From an uncultured Nitrososphaerota archaeon (lineage in GTDB: Archaea > Thermoproteota > Nitrososphaeria > Conexivisphaerales > DTJL01), in the NCBI GenBank assembly GCA_963842885.1, contig CAWJIE010000003.1, positions 384,001-448,000 of the forward strand: a stretch of DNA of 64,000 nucleotides, given 5' to 3'. The notes under the pieces are model-generated. The model was not told the origin of the DNA and searched no databases. It saw nothing but the letters and a program-made list of their open reading frames with translations. The position numbers were made by a program, and so were the translations under genes. Each line of letters begins with the position of its first letter. The first letter of the stretch is position 1. This document shows, one piece after another, positions 1-10,329 of this stretch.

Positions 1-573
1 GCCACATACGGCAATGGGTCGGTGAATTACGTTGTGCTAAGAGTGGACAGCCTTAGCCATATGGCGGCGGTATCGGAAGCGGTTTCCCAAATCCTCCAAG
101 CGTACCCAGGTTTCGCGGTCGAGTACGACCAGTCGCTCCAGATGACGCTCGAGTCTTTCGTCACCAACGCCTCTCCCGCCTACGCTCTGCTATCGGCAGC
201 CGCCATCGGGCTGGTCGTTGCGGTGGCCGCCATCCTTGCCCAGATAGTCTCCCGTAGGCGCAGGTGGGAGGTGGGGCTTCTGGCGGTCCAAGGCTGGGGG
301 AGGAACGAGGTAGCGGGCGTATATTTCGTCTACTTCCTTGTGCTCTCGTTCGTCTCCGTGGCAATCAGCTCTGTGATCTCCTTCGTTTCTATCCAAAGGG
401 TGACGGCGACTTACAGCCAGTACGGCGGGACTTTCACCATAGCTTCGCATCTGGACCCCATGGCCGTGCCACTGACCTTCGTGCTCGCCTTCATAATCTC
501 GCTGCTATCGGCCTACGTCGTGTCCAGGGGGACGAGGGGGAGGGCCTTGGACCGCACCTTCCGCGACCTCTAG
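1..573 (+). CDS. FtsX/MacB-like ABC transporter permease, C-terminal part (5' end outside window)
   Basis: Hydrophobic TM segments and an RRRWEVGLLAVQGW motif resembling the FtsX 'R..EIG.L.A.G' signature. Confidence 0.7.
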   Translation, partial: ATYGNGSVNYVVLRVDSLSHMAAVSEAVSQILQAYPGFAVEYDQSLQMTLESFVTNASPAYALLSAAAIGLVVAVAAILAQIVSRRRRWEVGLLAVQGWGRNEVAGVYFVYFLVLSFVSVAISSVISFVSIQRVTATYSQYGGTFTIASHLDPMAVPLTFVLAFIISLLSAYVVSRGTRGRALDRTFRDL

Positions 574-1862
574 TACTCCCTGAGTATCCCGTCAAGGCCC
601 AGCCTCTTCATCCTTCGGACGAAGACCAGGCCTGAAAGGCAGGCAACCACCATCATAAGTGCCAGCGCTGCGAGGACATAGTACGGATCGAGGTAGGCTG
701 TGAAGCGCACGGTCTGCCCGTACACGCTGTAAGAGGCACCGAAGGAGCCGATTAGGTAGGCTGACAAGGGGAGGGAGATGGCCAGCGCTATTCCCCCCAT
801 CACCATCAGATAGGACCAGTAGTACTGGAGCACTTCGTTCCACGACCACCCCTCCGCCAGCACTAGGCCCGCCTCCCACGACCTTCTTCCGACTACGATG
901 TACGCTACGAAGAAGACGACCGCCGCCACGGATGCAAGCGACGCCAACCCCAGGGCCTCGTAGACTGGCCCAGTCAGCCCGTTGTATGAAAGCAGGCTTG
1001 CCTTCAGCGCTTGGTTGGAAACGATCCCGAAGACTGGATAGGGCTCCAGAACGGCCTCAAGGGCAGCAACGACAGGCTGGACATCTTGCAGTGTATCGAC
1101 CTTCAGTATTACATAGTCCGCGTAGCTCTGGTCGTTGCCCAAGAAGGTCTGATTATAAAGGGTAGGTCCCATGAAGTTCTCCACATACGTGGAGTTCCAC
1201 AGGATGAAGACGTCGCCCAGCAGCGGGTTCGAGGCCGTTAGCCCGACGGCCGTGGCGTTGAATTCGGCCGTCACGTTCGGCCCGTTAAAGCATGTGAGAC
1301 AGCTGAACTCGACATCGTAGGTGCCATTGATGTGCCAGCCAGAAAGCATCTTTCCGTTGAACATCATTTCGGGCTCCGCGGAACTGGGATAGCGTCCTGA
1401 GGCCAACGTCAATAGCGAAGCGGGGAAGCCGTTGGGGCCTCCTATCATCGCCGACCGAGCAGATGAGCGCACGGAAGCAAGCGTCACGTTCTGGCCGTTG
1501 TAGACTTCCGTCACGTTGTGCTCGACGAACGTCGTGGCGTTGGTCATCACGGGCCAGACCTCCTGCACTCCGTTTATCGCAGACAGGTTCTCCACGACGC
1601 TCTTGGGCAACGACCTAGCACATTGTTCGCTCGGGAGGCAGGCCGATCCCTTGCCAGACATGACCACCACGTACGCGCCGATTCCGTTCATGTAAGAGAC
1701 CAGACCGCTGTCCAAGCTGGCGCTCGTGGATGGTATCAGCATGCCAGCCGTAAGCAGCGCCGTCAGGACGGCGACTATCATGAGCGACCACGCCGCTTCG
1801 TGCGCAATGCGCTTGACGGAGAGCCCGACTAACCTCGACCTGCGCCCTGCCAAGTGGTTCAC
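570..1862 (-). CDS. FtsX/MacB-like ABC transporter permease
   Basis: N-terminal TM, large extracellular domain, 3 C-terminal TMs, RRSWEAGLVLAEGW motif; paralog of the convergent gene at 1-573. Confidence 0.75.
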   Translation of the reverse strand: MNHLAGRRSRLVGLSVKRIAHEAAWSLMIVAVLTALLTAGMLIPSTSASLDSGLVSYMNGIGAYVVVMSGKGSACLPSEQCARSLPKSVVENLSAINGVQEVWPVMTNATTFVEHNVTEVYNGQNVTLASVRSSARSAMIGGPNGFPASLLTLASGRYPSSAEPEMMFNGKMLSGWHINGTYDVEFSCLTCFNGPNVTAEFNATAVGLTASNPLLGDVFILWNSTYVENFMGPTLYNQTFLGNDQSYADYVILKVDTLQDVQPVVAALEAVLEPYPVFGIVSNQALKASLLSYNGLTGPVYEALGLASLASVAAVVFFVAYIVVGRRSWEAGLVLAEGWSWNEVLQYYWSYLMVMGGIALAISLPLSAYLIGSFGASYSVYGQTVRFTAYLDPYYVLAALALMMVVACLSGLVFVRRMKRLGLDGILREY

Positions 1863-1954
1863 TAATGTTGCTTCATACGTCCCCTTTCCGAATTAAATGG
1901 CTGTCGAACTTCAATTACGTAACTTAGTTACATCGACCTTAGGTGCTCCTATGC

Positions 1955-2299
1955 CTACCTGCCGAGCTTGTCGTATATTCTCCGAAGGTCGGCGAGCAGG
2001 GCCTCGCCAGAGGGTGTAAGGTGGTATACGGTCTGCTCCTCCGACTTTTTGCCCTGTACGAAGCTCTTGGACCCAAGGTCGTCAAGGAAACGCTTGGCCA
2101 TGCTGAAATTGAGCCTGGCGCAGAAGGCGATCTCTCCCATTGTCATGGAGCGGTCCTGCAACAGCTCAAGGATGCAGACATAGAGGTCGAACCTTGACCT
2201 TCTGCGTCTCTGGCCGAGGAGGAAAGTGAAGCGGGGGACCTGGGACACAACGGCAGCATCTCCTCCTACGAACGCTGTCGTCAGCAAGGAAGGGTCCAT
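1955..2299 (-). CDS. winged helix-turn-helix protein (archaeal HTH_45-like)
   Basis: RRRSRFDLYVCILELL...ARLNFSMAKRFLDDL...YHLTPSGE pattern; start uncertain; forms the 3' end of the 423-aa ORF. Confidence 0.65.
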   Translation of the reverse strand: MDPSLLTTAFVGGDAAVVSQVPRFTFLLGQRRRRSRFDLYVCILELLQDRSMTMGEIAFCARLNFSMAKRFLDDLGSKSFVQGKKSEEQTVYHLTPSGEALLADLRRIYDKLGR

Positions 2300-2599
2300 G
2301 TCCTGCCATTCGTTAATGGTGTGACCATAGATGATCCCTCCGCGCACGTAATCTGTAACCGCCGTGCCATGCCACACCCCGAGGTACGCTACCTCAATCG
2401 CGGGAGACTGAAAACGAAAGGGAGGATTCCAAGAGAGAAGGGATGCTAGGCACACGAGCGGGTTCGAGGCCGATCCGACCAAAAGGCAGACGAGCATCAG
2501 ACAAGCGCATCGACGTGAGGGCACGGCTGGCATCATTATCACAAAAAGAGAGGGGACCCTATTTAGTTTGCGGGAATCGACGCAGAAATCAAGCCCGAT

Positions 2600-3226
2600 T
2601 GCATGTAGAGTGTGGGATTTGCGAAGGTTCCAGTCCAGCAACCTGACTGCCACGGCCACCGCGAGCATCGCTTTCCGTTTCGTGGACCTTTGCTGCTGGA
2701 CATATCCTCCGACAGGGTTTGCTCTCCTTCGCAAATAGAGTCGCAACAGGCTCAGGGCGATGCCCACGGCGGCAGTCCAGAACGCGACGTCGATCAGCAG
2801 TCCCGTCATGTCGAGATAGAACATCGGAAGCGAACCAGGCGGTCCAAAAGTGAAAAGCTGATGCGCCCACGCCAGGGGCCACCCGACATCGAAGTGTGCG
2901 GAGGTCAGGCTCCCCCATGACGTGGAGAGGGTCAGTGCTAACCCAGACCCAATGCTGGCGAGGACCGATCCTCCCCTCTCTGATGCGAACGCGGACGTTA
3001 TGGCGGTCAGTCCCAGCACCATTCCGATGACGTTGAGCATGGGGAGGTTGAAGGGCCAGAGAAGTGGAGCAAAGGTGAAGCCGCTTGATGGAGAGCCCAG
3101 GATGCCCACGTACGCGTCGTGCGGAATGGTAGCCACATCTGCCATGATGGACAGGATTCCGACGACGATGCAGGTGTTCCTGAAGGTCCTGCCAGACTTA
3201 ATGGCCGTGATACTTCTCGACATCAA
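2600..3226 (-). CDS. multi-pass membrane protein (3' boundary uncertain)
   Basis: Several hydrophobic segments in the 5' half of the 423-aa ORF, directly downstream of the wHTH gene ending at 3237. Confidence 0.45.
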
Positions 3227-3236
3227 TAACCGCTGT

Positions 3237-3713
3237 TCACGGTTTAACGCTCTCCTCGGAATCCGCCTTCTTCAGCATCTCGCCCAGCAGGCTTAGGAGA
3301 AGCTTGCCCTGCTGGGTCAGGCCGTACATCTTGATCGCTCCTGACTCGGCGTACACGGCCACGATGCCATACTTCTCAAGAAGGTCCAGGTCACGGTCCA
3401 CCTCCTTCCAGTCGAGACCTGTCACCTGAGCCAGCTCGGACCTGTGTTTGGGCGTGTCCATGCTCCGCAGGAGTTCGAGCCGCGATCCTGCCCCCTTCAT
3501 CTTCACCATCAGGTCGTAGACGTTGTCGTCGACGCCCGCCTTCTTCAGGGTCCGCCTGCCGTTCCTGTCGACGATGAAGGCCACGCCAACGATGGCCCAG
3601 CTCAGCGCTGCCACTGGGAAGGCTAGGGCGCCGAACTCTCCGCAGCAACTGCGGGTCGCATGGCGTGCCCAGCGCCCATGGATAGAAGGTCGATAGGTAA
3701 TAGGTGTAGCCAA
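3237..3713 (-). CDS. ArsR-like wHTH regulator with N-terminal TM segment (5' end likely frameshifted)
   Basis: TM followed by SRLELLRSM...SELAQVTGLDWKEVDRDLDLLEKYGIV...YGLTQQG. Confidence 0.65.
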   Translation of the reverse strand: MATPITYRPSIHGRWARHATRSCCGEFGALAFPVAALSWAIVGVAFIVDRNGRRTLKKAGVDDNVYDLMVKMKGAGSRLELLRSMDTPKHRSELAQVTGLDWKEVDRDLDLLEKYGIVAVYAESGAIKMYGLTQQGKLLLSLLGEMLKKADSEESVKP

Positions 3714-3866
3714 TGGCGAAAGGAGGACACGATCACGGCAACACGAACGCCGCAGCCAGAGCGACCGTTGAGAGCCTCAATACTGTGAAGATGAAATGCG
3801 CTGTTCTCCTATTAGCTTTTCCCAGACGATACTGGGAAACCTGTAAATGCCATCAGACCACCTTCA

Positions 3867-4538
3867 ATGAAGACACGGGAGACGGATGAGAACATTCAGT
3901 GGCGGACTCAAGGCCATACCTCGGCCTTCGAATTATTCAAGAAGGAGAAAAGGGAAATGCTAGCTGTGAAGAAGGCCAAGGCGTCTCTCGTCGCAGCGGC
4001 GCTAGCGGCAGCGATCCTGGTTCTCGTCTTCGCCCCCGTTGTGCCAGAGAAGGTCACCGCCGACAGGCTGAACGGGGGGCTGCTGTTGACGGACGAGATG
4101 AAGAACCCTGACGTCGGAGCCGCTCCAACGCAGATCACCCAGAGCCCTGCCTTCATGGCCGAGACCCAAGGCAGGACCTACGTATTCGAGGGAGCGGTCA
4201 GCGGTTCCATCACCTATTACACCTTTGAAAGCCTTGGGGACCACGTCGCAACTGCGTGCAATTCCATCATCTATCGAGAGGTAACTGACGTGCTGATCGT
4301 CGGCGAACCACTGGGCAACGCATCCTACATAACCAGCATGACGGAGGTCGAGACGCCCTACCTGGACTTCGGGAACATGACCTTCTCTCATTCTGGCGGC
4401 GTCACCTATCACTGCAGTCAAGAATCCATCGCGATGAAGGACGTGCCCTCTCAGGCCGTTTTCTCCTCCGTGATCTTCGCGGTCAGTGGGCTCGGAGCGG
4501 CTTACGCCCCTGGCATAGGCTACCTCTGGTTCGCTTAA
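3867..4538 (+). CDS. membrane-anchored/secreted hypothetical protein
   Basis: Signal-like hydrophobic stretch after KKAK, C-terminal hydrophobic tail, coding-like codon usage. Confidence 0.55.
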   Translation: MKTRETDENIQWRTQGHTSAFELFKKEKREMLAVKKAKASLVAAALAAAILVLVFAPVVPEKVTADRLNGGLLLTDEMKNPDVGAAPTQITQSPAFMAETQGRTYVFEGAVSGSITYYTFESLGDHVATACNSIIYREVTDVLIVGEPLGNASYITSMTEVETPYLDFGNMTFSHSGGVTYHCSQESIAMKDVPSQAVFSSVIFAVSGLGAAYAPGIGYLWFA

Positions 4539-4902
4539 TCCGCCCTACGGTGTTCGGCATTTCGGCTGCGTATTGAATCCCTCTTTCGTTGATAACGATG
4601 CCTAATCAAGGAATTAGAAAGCGAGTCCGCACCGTTGGGGATTCGTAGTTGGCTGAATACTCAACCTGTGGGCATGGGGCTGCGAAAGGGCCGTTCACCC
4701 TAGAGCAGGGGACTGTGCGCGGCTCATCCATTGCTGGACCCATAGCCAGTCATCTTCTCTCCGAACCGAACGTGAAATCGGATTCCGTCAAGCTCTGCAT
4801 CGTGACGCTGTCGGTCTTCCACGGAGGACCACCGAAAGTCTTGGGAGGACCTGTTGTTCACAGGCAAGGCGTTAAATCTCCTGCCGTTCGAAGAACGTCG
4901 CA

Positions 4903-5421
4903 ATGGATGCCAACGCCCCCGTCGACGGGTTCGACCAGTCAAGGGCGGAACTGTTCGAGACGTTAAGTCATCCCGCGCGGATGAAGATCCTCACGGCGCT
5001 GGGCGGCGGCCCTATGGGGTTCGCCGACCTGAAGAGAGTCGCGGGGATAGAGAGCAGCGGCAACATGCAGTTCCATCTTGGCAGGCTGAAGGGTCTGGTC
5101 GCCACCGTCGCTGACGGAAGCTACGTCCTCACGGATGAGGGGAAGGATGCACTACGGATGATGACCGTTTCAAGCCGCACTGGCGATTTTATACGGGTAG
5201 CGAGACGGGTATTCTTGGATCGCAAGACCTGGGCTGTCATCGCATTCTCGTTGGCATTCGGGCTAACCGCCATTTTCCTACCGATATTCCAAACCTTCGT
5301 TCTTCAGCCGTGCAACACGGGCATCTGCCTCGTGGCGTACGTCAGGGCTCATGTCTCGCTGACCTACCTGCTATTCGGCTTCGGCGGCGTCACGCTGGGC
5401 TCGTCGTATTACTTCTGGTAG
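4903..5421 (+). CDS. ArsR-family wHTH regulator with C-terminal TM segments
   Basis: SRAELFETLSHPARMKIL...FHLGRLKGLV...YVLTDEG followed by hydrophobic helices. Confidence 0.75.
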   Translation: MDANAPVDGFDQSRAELFETLSHPARMKILTALGGGPMGFADLKRVAGIESSGNMQFHLGRLKGLVATVADGSYVLTDEGKDALRMMTVSSRTGDFIRVARRVFLDRKTWAVIAFSLAFGLTAIFLPIFQTFVLQPCNTGICLVAYVRAHVSLTYLLFGFGGVTLGSSYYFW

Positions 5422-5458
5422 GACTTCGTTAACAAGGGTCGCCGATGTCGCTTCTCAC

Positions 5459-5605
5459 TCATCTTCTCCTGCTCAGCTCGTCTGTGAGCTTCAGGTAGTA
5501 GATGGCCAGCCCCAGGGAGTGACCCATCAGGAATTGTACGTAAGCGGACTTCATGGTCTTCTGGGCTCTGGTCTCGAAAAACTTCCTGAAGCCGTGGACA
5601 TTCCC
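5459..5605 (-). pseudogene. tyrosine integrase C-terminal catalytic remnant
   Basis: Own translation of the minus strand gives VHGFRKFFETRAQKTMKSAYVQFLMGHSLGLAIYYLK (HxxR, LMGH, catalytic Y region); no N-terminal part. Confidence 0.75.
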
Positions 5606-5619
5606 ATTTCTCGCAGATT

Positions 5620-6573
5620 CTATTCCTGGACGAGCAGCATTACCAAGGAGCTCTGCGAGTCCAAGATCACCCCCGCCTCAGGAGCATGGTTCGCTGCAAA
5701 GGATGGTGTGCCCTCCCCTAGTACGACCGCGCTATCTGTCCCATTAGGCCCGAAGGTGTAAAAGCTCCCCGGTGCTGCAGGATTGCTGGACATGTCTGCC
5801 ACAAAGGACGTGCTTTCCCCGTCACCGAACGAAAGCTGCACCACGGGGGAGTGGAACATGATCTTCTCATAAGAGACATTGTTGGAGTTGGAACAGAAAG
5901 TTGACGTAATGCCGGAGCTTGAGAACGAAAACACAACAACAACCAAACTTGACCTTGACGCGCCGCTGCATGCGCTAAGATTGTCTATGTCTATTGCGAC
6001 TGGAGGCCCCTGAGGGAGGGTGAGGAGCTGATACCCCAGGAAACTGAAGACTACACCATGGAACGCAAAGGACGACACGTTATAGAGAGTGTCAGCAGCC
6101 ACCGCCTTGTACCAATACGTCACGCCGCCGATCTGCACGGTATCACCCCGAGCCGATGAGGGGACCTGCCCCAACCCCGGAATGAGACCTTGCTGGGCCA
6201 TCGCGACCGATCCGATGATGACCATAATGATGACCAACACGCCGACCACAATCCTATGCCCAACGATGTACCGCCTGAGACGTCCAATCCCGGGCCTGCG
6301 AGACCGCATCTTCTCGACGGCTTCTATGATAGCCAGAGCTTCCTCTCCTTGGTGGGTGAGGGCGTAGCCTCCCTCTGGACGCTCGCAAACGAGGCCCTCC
6401 ATCTTCCCCAGGTGAAACGAAAGAAGCCCGTTGCTGGCAATTCCTGTCTTCCTCTTCAGCCCTGCGAAACCGAGAGGCTCCTCTCCCAAGGCCTCGAGAA
6501 TGCTGACCCTGCTCGGATGGCCCAGGATTTCGAACAGTTCAGCCCTAGACTTCTCCTGCCCAGAGGCGCTCAA
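5620..6573 (-). CDS. ArsR-family wHTH regulator with TM and extracellular domain
   Basis: SRAELFEILGHPSR...FHLGKMEGLV...YALTHQG, one TM (IVVGVLVIIMVIIG), Ser/Thr/Asn-rich C-terminal domain. Confidence 0.75.
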   Translation of the reverse strand: MSASGQEKSRAELFEILGHPSRVSILEALGEEPLGFAGLKRKTGIASNGLLSFHLGKMEGLVCERPEGGYALTHQGEEALAIIEAVEKMRSRRPGIGRLRRYIVGHRIVVGVLVIIMVIIGSVAMAQQGLIPGLGQVPSSARGDTVQIGGVTYWYKAVAADTLYNVSSFAFHGVVFSFLGYQLLTLPQGPPVAIDIDNLSACSGASRSSLVVVVFSFSSSGITSTFCSNSNNVSYEKIMFHSPVVQLSFGDGESTSFVADMSSNPAAPGSFYTFGPNGTDSAVVLGEGTPSFAANHAPEAGVILDSQSSLVMLLVQE

Positions 6574-6779
6574 GAAGCGTCTACGTGACTGTATCGAACC
6601 CGCCTTTAATTATCTTCCTTCCGGGCTCCTTCAAGGAGGGAGGTCAACGCGGGTTGACTTCCAGGCGTCGGGCTTCGACGCCGATGTCAACGCCTGAGGC
6701 ATTAAATCATCACAGGCCCGTCTGGAGATACGTGGGCATTGCCAAGGAAGGCGGGCCGGGCGATTACGGACCGATTTGC

Positions 6780-7935
6780 CATGGCAGAACCTCAAGCAAC
6801 ATCTCCTATGAGGTAGGAGCGCTCCTGGTCTTGGCATTGATGGCGATGGCCCCTCTGCTCCAGAGCGTCACCTTCGCTGACAACGGAGCGTCCGCGGCGT
6901 CGTCTTTCGATTCCTCCAGCTTGGCCGTCGGGGACTATGCGAACTACTCGTGGAGCAACTACTCCTTGAGCTACCTGGTGGGGTTTCACCCCGGCGGGGC
7001 GTCCGCAAGCGATTCCCTTCAATTCCTGAACACGACATGTGATCACATATGACGAGATGAAGTTTGGGTGGCGCATCGTGGCTGTCTATCAAGACACCTA
7101 CGTGGTTGACTACTCCCTGTCATTGGCAGGGATTCAGGGAACTGGGGCTTCGTTAGATTTCCAGCGTAATGTCATTGTCTCGAGGACGAACAACAGCGTC
7201 TATGACCTGAACGGCACCCTGTATGGGACATGGCCCTACTGGCTTGCGCCCAGCTACCTGTCTCTTCAGGGCAATTTCACGCCCGCCCATGGCTTTCCAG
7301 AGGGTGTCACGAACTTCACGACGGGCCAGCCCACCATCCAGTTCAATACGCCAGACGAATTCCTCAGCCTTCCCTTGGGCAACGGGATGCCTTCAAGACC
7401 CCTCAACTCAACGGACTTCCTTCGCTCGACGCTGAACATAACAGCGCTGGGGACCTTCGATACGGATAGACTGATAGTGACCTATCCCTGGGGAGTGATT
7501 ACCAACCTGACTGGCGTCTCAGGCCTTCCTAACGGCATGATGGCCATAGGGTGGGTGTCGCCGATCTGGTTGGGCATCTACGATCGCTTCAGCGGCATCA
7601 TGCTCGCGTATCAGTTTTCCACCTCATGGTTCACGGACGACATACTGTTGCACTCCTCCTTCGATGTCTGGCAGATCGGGTCCGCCAATGAAAGCCTGAT
7701 ACTGACAGCCACGAATCTACCCATAAAGGCGGACGTACCTGTCAGCCCAGGGGCGCCCGGCAGCGGATACACAACCCTTCTTGCGGCTGCGGTCGCCGTA
7801 GTAGCGGCTGTACTCTTATCGGTCGCCCTCTTTCGTCGGCGCAGGATGAAGAGGGCACAAGGCGGCCCTCAGGGGAGGAGCGCCCAAGCCCCTCCTACCC
7901 TACGACACAGCAAGCCCAGTCCTAATGGAGCCTAG
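6780..7935 (+). CDS. secreted/surface protein with C-terminal membrane anchor (frameshift near 7045; start approximate)
   Basis: Signal peptide in ORF 6585-7052, continuing in ORF 7039-7935, which ends in TM + RRRR; many N-x-S/T sites. Confidence 0.55.
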
Positions 7936-7940
7936 AGGCC

Positions 7941-9260
7941 TTGCGCCGGGCAAGCTTGCTCAGAGTCTTGGGTTTCGTGGGGCTCGGGCTGTTGCTGATG
8001 GGCTTGTCGATGCTCGCCAACGCGCATTTCGGTCCTGAGAACGCAATCTTCGGCATGGGGAGCCCGACAACAAGCCAGGGCAACACGACCGACTCTTTCA
8101 CGGTGTTCCTTAAGCCCACCGACAGGATGCTCCTGTCCTACTCCTCCAATTCCTCGAACGTGAGCTTCGATGCCTCAATCATCTCTCTGGCCACCGGTTC
8201 CACCGTGTTCCAAGAGGGCGTTCCCCCTGGCGGCAGCCTCCAGGTGTCCTTTTCGCCTTCTACAAGAGGGGCATATTTGGTCAGGGTCAATCTGTCATCT
8301 TCTTCGCCCAATCAACTGGTGACAAGTATCGTTTCGATTTACGGCGGGACCCCTTCCGACTTTGAAGCGTATGCCTACCTTCTTATCGCCCTGGGCGCGG
8401 CCATGGCCCTGTTGTGGATCGCCGGGTCCAGAAGGGCTCAAGCGGCCGGGCTCACGCACAAATCAGGTCGACAGGAATACCTCGCGGATGGTCAGCAAGG
8501 GCACCGGACCTTCTTCGTCCTGCTAAAGTGGGAGCTCATTGCAAGCAGGAAGGTGTTCTTCGGCCTGCTGGTCTTCTTCCTCATGATGTACAGCGCTGGC
8601 GGGTTCACACCGAACTATCTGAGCTCATCGATAGGTGGGATCGCCCCGACCATAGCCGACCTGTTCAATCCAACCCTCAGGCCCACGTCAGACTGGTTCA
8701 ATCTGTTCCCCATCGTGGTCGCGGTTTCGGCATACAGCTTCTCCTACGAACAGGACAAGCTCATCCTCAGGTCTCTCAAACTCAACCCAATCAGGTCCGC
8801 CACCATCTTCGCTTCGAAGGTCTGCGCCCTCCTGGCGGTGACCTTGGTCCCCATCGCGGTCGCCTTGAGCTTCACCCTCGCGCTGTACGACCCGAGGCTC
8901 TTCCTCGGAGCCCCCCTGCTTGCGTGGGGGAACCTTCCGATGTGGGTCGAAGCCTACATCCTCTACGGATTCGTCATGGTGGGGCTGTCGTTGCTGCCGG
9001 CCGTGTTCTTCGATAACGCCGTCTATGCCTTCGTCGCCCCGTTGTTTGTATCATTCCTGATTCAGACCGAAGGCTTCGGCCTGTATGGCGCGATACCCTC
9101 CGACGTATGGACCACTGTGGTAATGCAGATTCAGAGCTACCGTGACTGGGGTGCAACTCTGGGCAAGACGCTGCCTGCGGTCATCCTAGCAACGGGCATT
9201 CCTCGCCATCTCCCTGATTCTGTTCGAAATCAAGGAGGGAGAGTGACGCGAGTGGCTTGA
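7941..9260 (+). CDS. ABC-2 type transporter permease with N-terminal extracellular domain
   Basis: LLKWEL, SYEQDKLILRSLKLNPIRSATIFASK (ABC-2 E..G.....L..P..R....K pattern), multiple TMs. Confidence 0.7.
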   Translation: MRRASLLRVLGFVGLGLLLMGLSMLANAHFGPENAIFGMGSPTTSQGNTTDSFTVFLKPTDRMLLSYSSNSSNVSFDASIISLATGSTVFQEGVPPGGSLQVSFSPSTRGAYLVRVNLSSSSPNQLVTSIVSIYGGTPSDFEAYAYLLIALGAAMALLWIAGSRRAQAAGLTHKSGRQEYLADGQQGHRTFFVLLKWELIASRKVFFGLLVFFLMMYSAGGFTPNYLSSSIGGIAPTIADLFNPTLRPTSDWFNLFPIVVAVSAYSFSYEQDKLILRSLKLNPIRSATIFASKVCALLAVTLVPIAVALSFTLALYDPRLFLGAPLLAWGNLPMWVEAYILYGFVMVGLSLLPAVFFDNAVYAFVAPLFVSFLIQTEGFGLYGAIPSDVWTTVVMQIQSYRDWGATLGKTLPAVILATGIPRHLPDSVRNQGGRVTRVA

Positions 9261-9315
9261 CCCCGAGCCTCACGGGAGCCACCAACCTGGAGACACGGGA
9301 AGGCTGGCGATTGAG

Positions 9316-9995
9316 GTGAGCCATCTCAGCAAGAGGTTCGGTTTCACCCTCGCTCTGGACGACGTAAGCATTAAGCTCCCGCAAGGCAACGCGCTCCTGA
9401 TCGTCGGCCCGAACGGGAGCGGGAAGAGCACGTTGCTTAAGGTCCTGTGCGGCATCCTAAGAGCGGCCCAGAGGTTCTCTCGTTCGCGTATTGGGGGTTG
9501 ACCCCTGGAGGGAGCGACATATCCTGTTCTCCAGGGCCACGGCAGCTTTCGAAGACTATGCCTTCCCGGAGCTTGCCAGCGGGGAGGATTATCTCAAGTT
9601 CGTGGCCGAGCTTCGCTGTGTCTCCATCGACCGAAGCGTCGGAGAGATCATGGGCATAGAGGACTTCTGGTCGAAGCCTATCAGAGGCTACTCGTCAGGC
9701 ATGAAAAGGAAGCTCGCGCTCGCGCAGGCGCTGGTCGGCAGGCCGGAGCTGATCATCTTGGACGAGCCACTGGTCGCCCTAGACCGCCAGTCGAAGGACC
9801 AGCTGATCGACATATTGGCTCAGAGGAGGGCTACAGGGACGACCCTGGTCATATGCAGCCACATACTGACAGGTCTGGAGCGGATAGCCACGGAGGATGA
9901 TCGTGCTTATCAACGGAAAGATGATCTATGAGAGCGATATCTCCGATTCCAGTGCAGCGCTCGAGGAAACCTACAAGATCTTGGAAACAACGTGA
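9316..9995 (+). CDS. ABC transporter ATP-binding protein (frameshifted)
   Basis: Walker A GPNGSGKST, signature YSSGMKRK, Walker B LIILDEP and H-loop spread over three frames. Confidence 0.85.
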
Positions 9996-10329
9996 ATGTG
10001 GAGCCAACCAGACCCCTCGTCTCGCTCCCGTCTATGTGGCACTCCCACGTTTCAAATGAATCTGCTGTGGTCCAATTCGGTCAGCACGAAGCCAGAGAAC
10101 GTTATGGGTCAGCCATGGAAGGTCCGCCAATTGAGACGCTCCTCCCGCCGATGATTGGCGTATCTATCGCCGCTGGAAAAGAAACCAATATCATCAAACT
10201 GACGAGACTGGCTGGCCTTTTCGGAACCTCGGTAGTGGCGGAGAATCTTGGCTGTACCGAAGGCGCCAACGTTGCGGATGCCGCCGCCCCCCTCTTGAGG
10301 TTATTTACAATGCAGTCGTCCTGAGAGTG

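Noticed and set aside
1955-3226. 423-aa membrane-wHTH fusion protein
   Set aside because: The middle third looks non-coding in composition; it is more likely two genes joined by a chance open frame or an indel.
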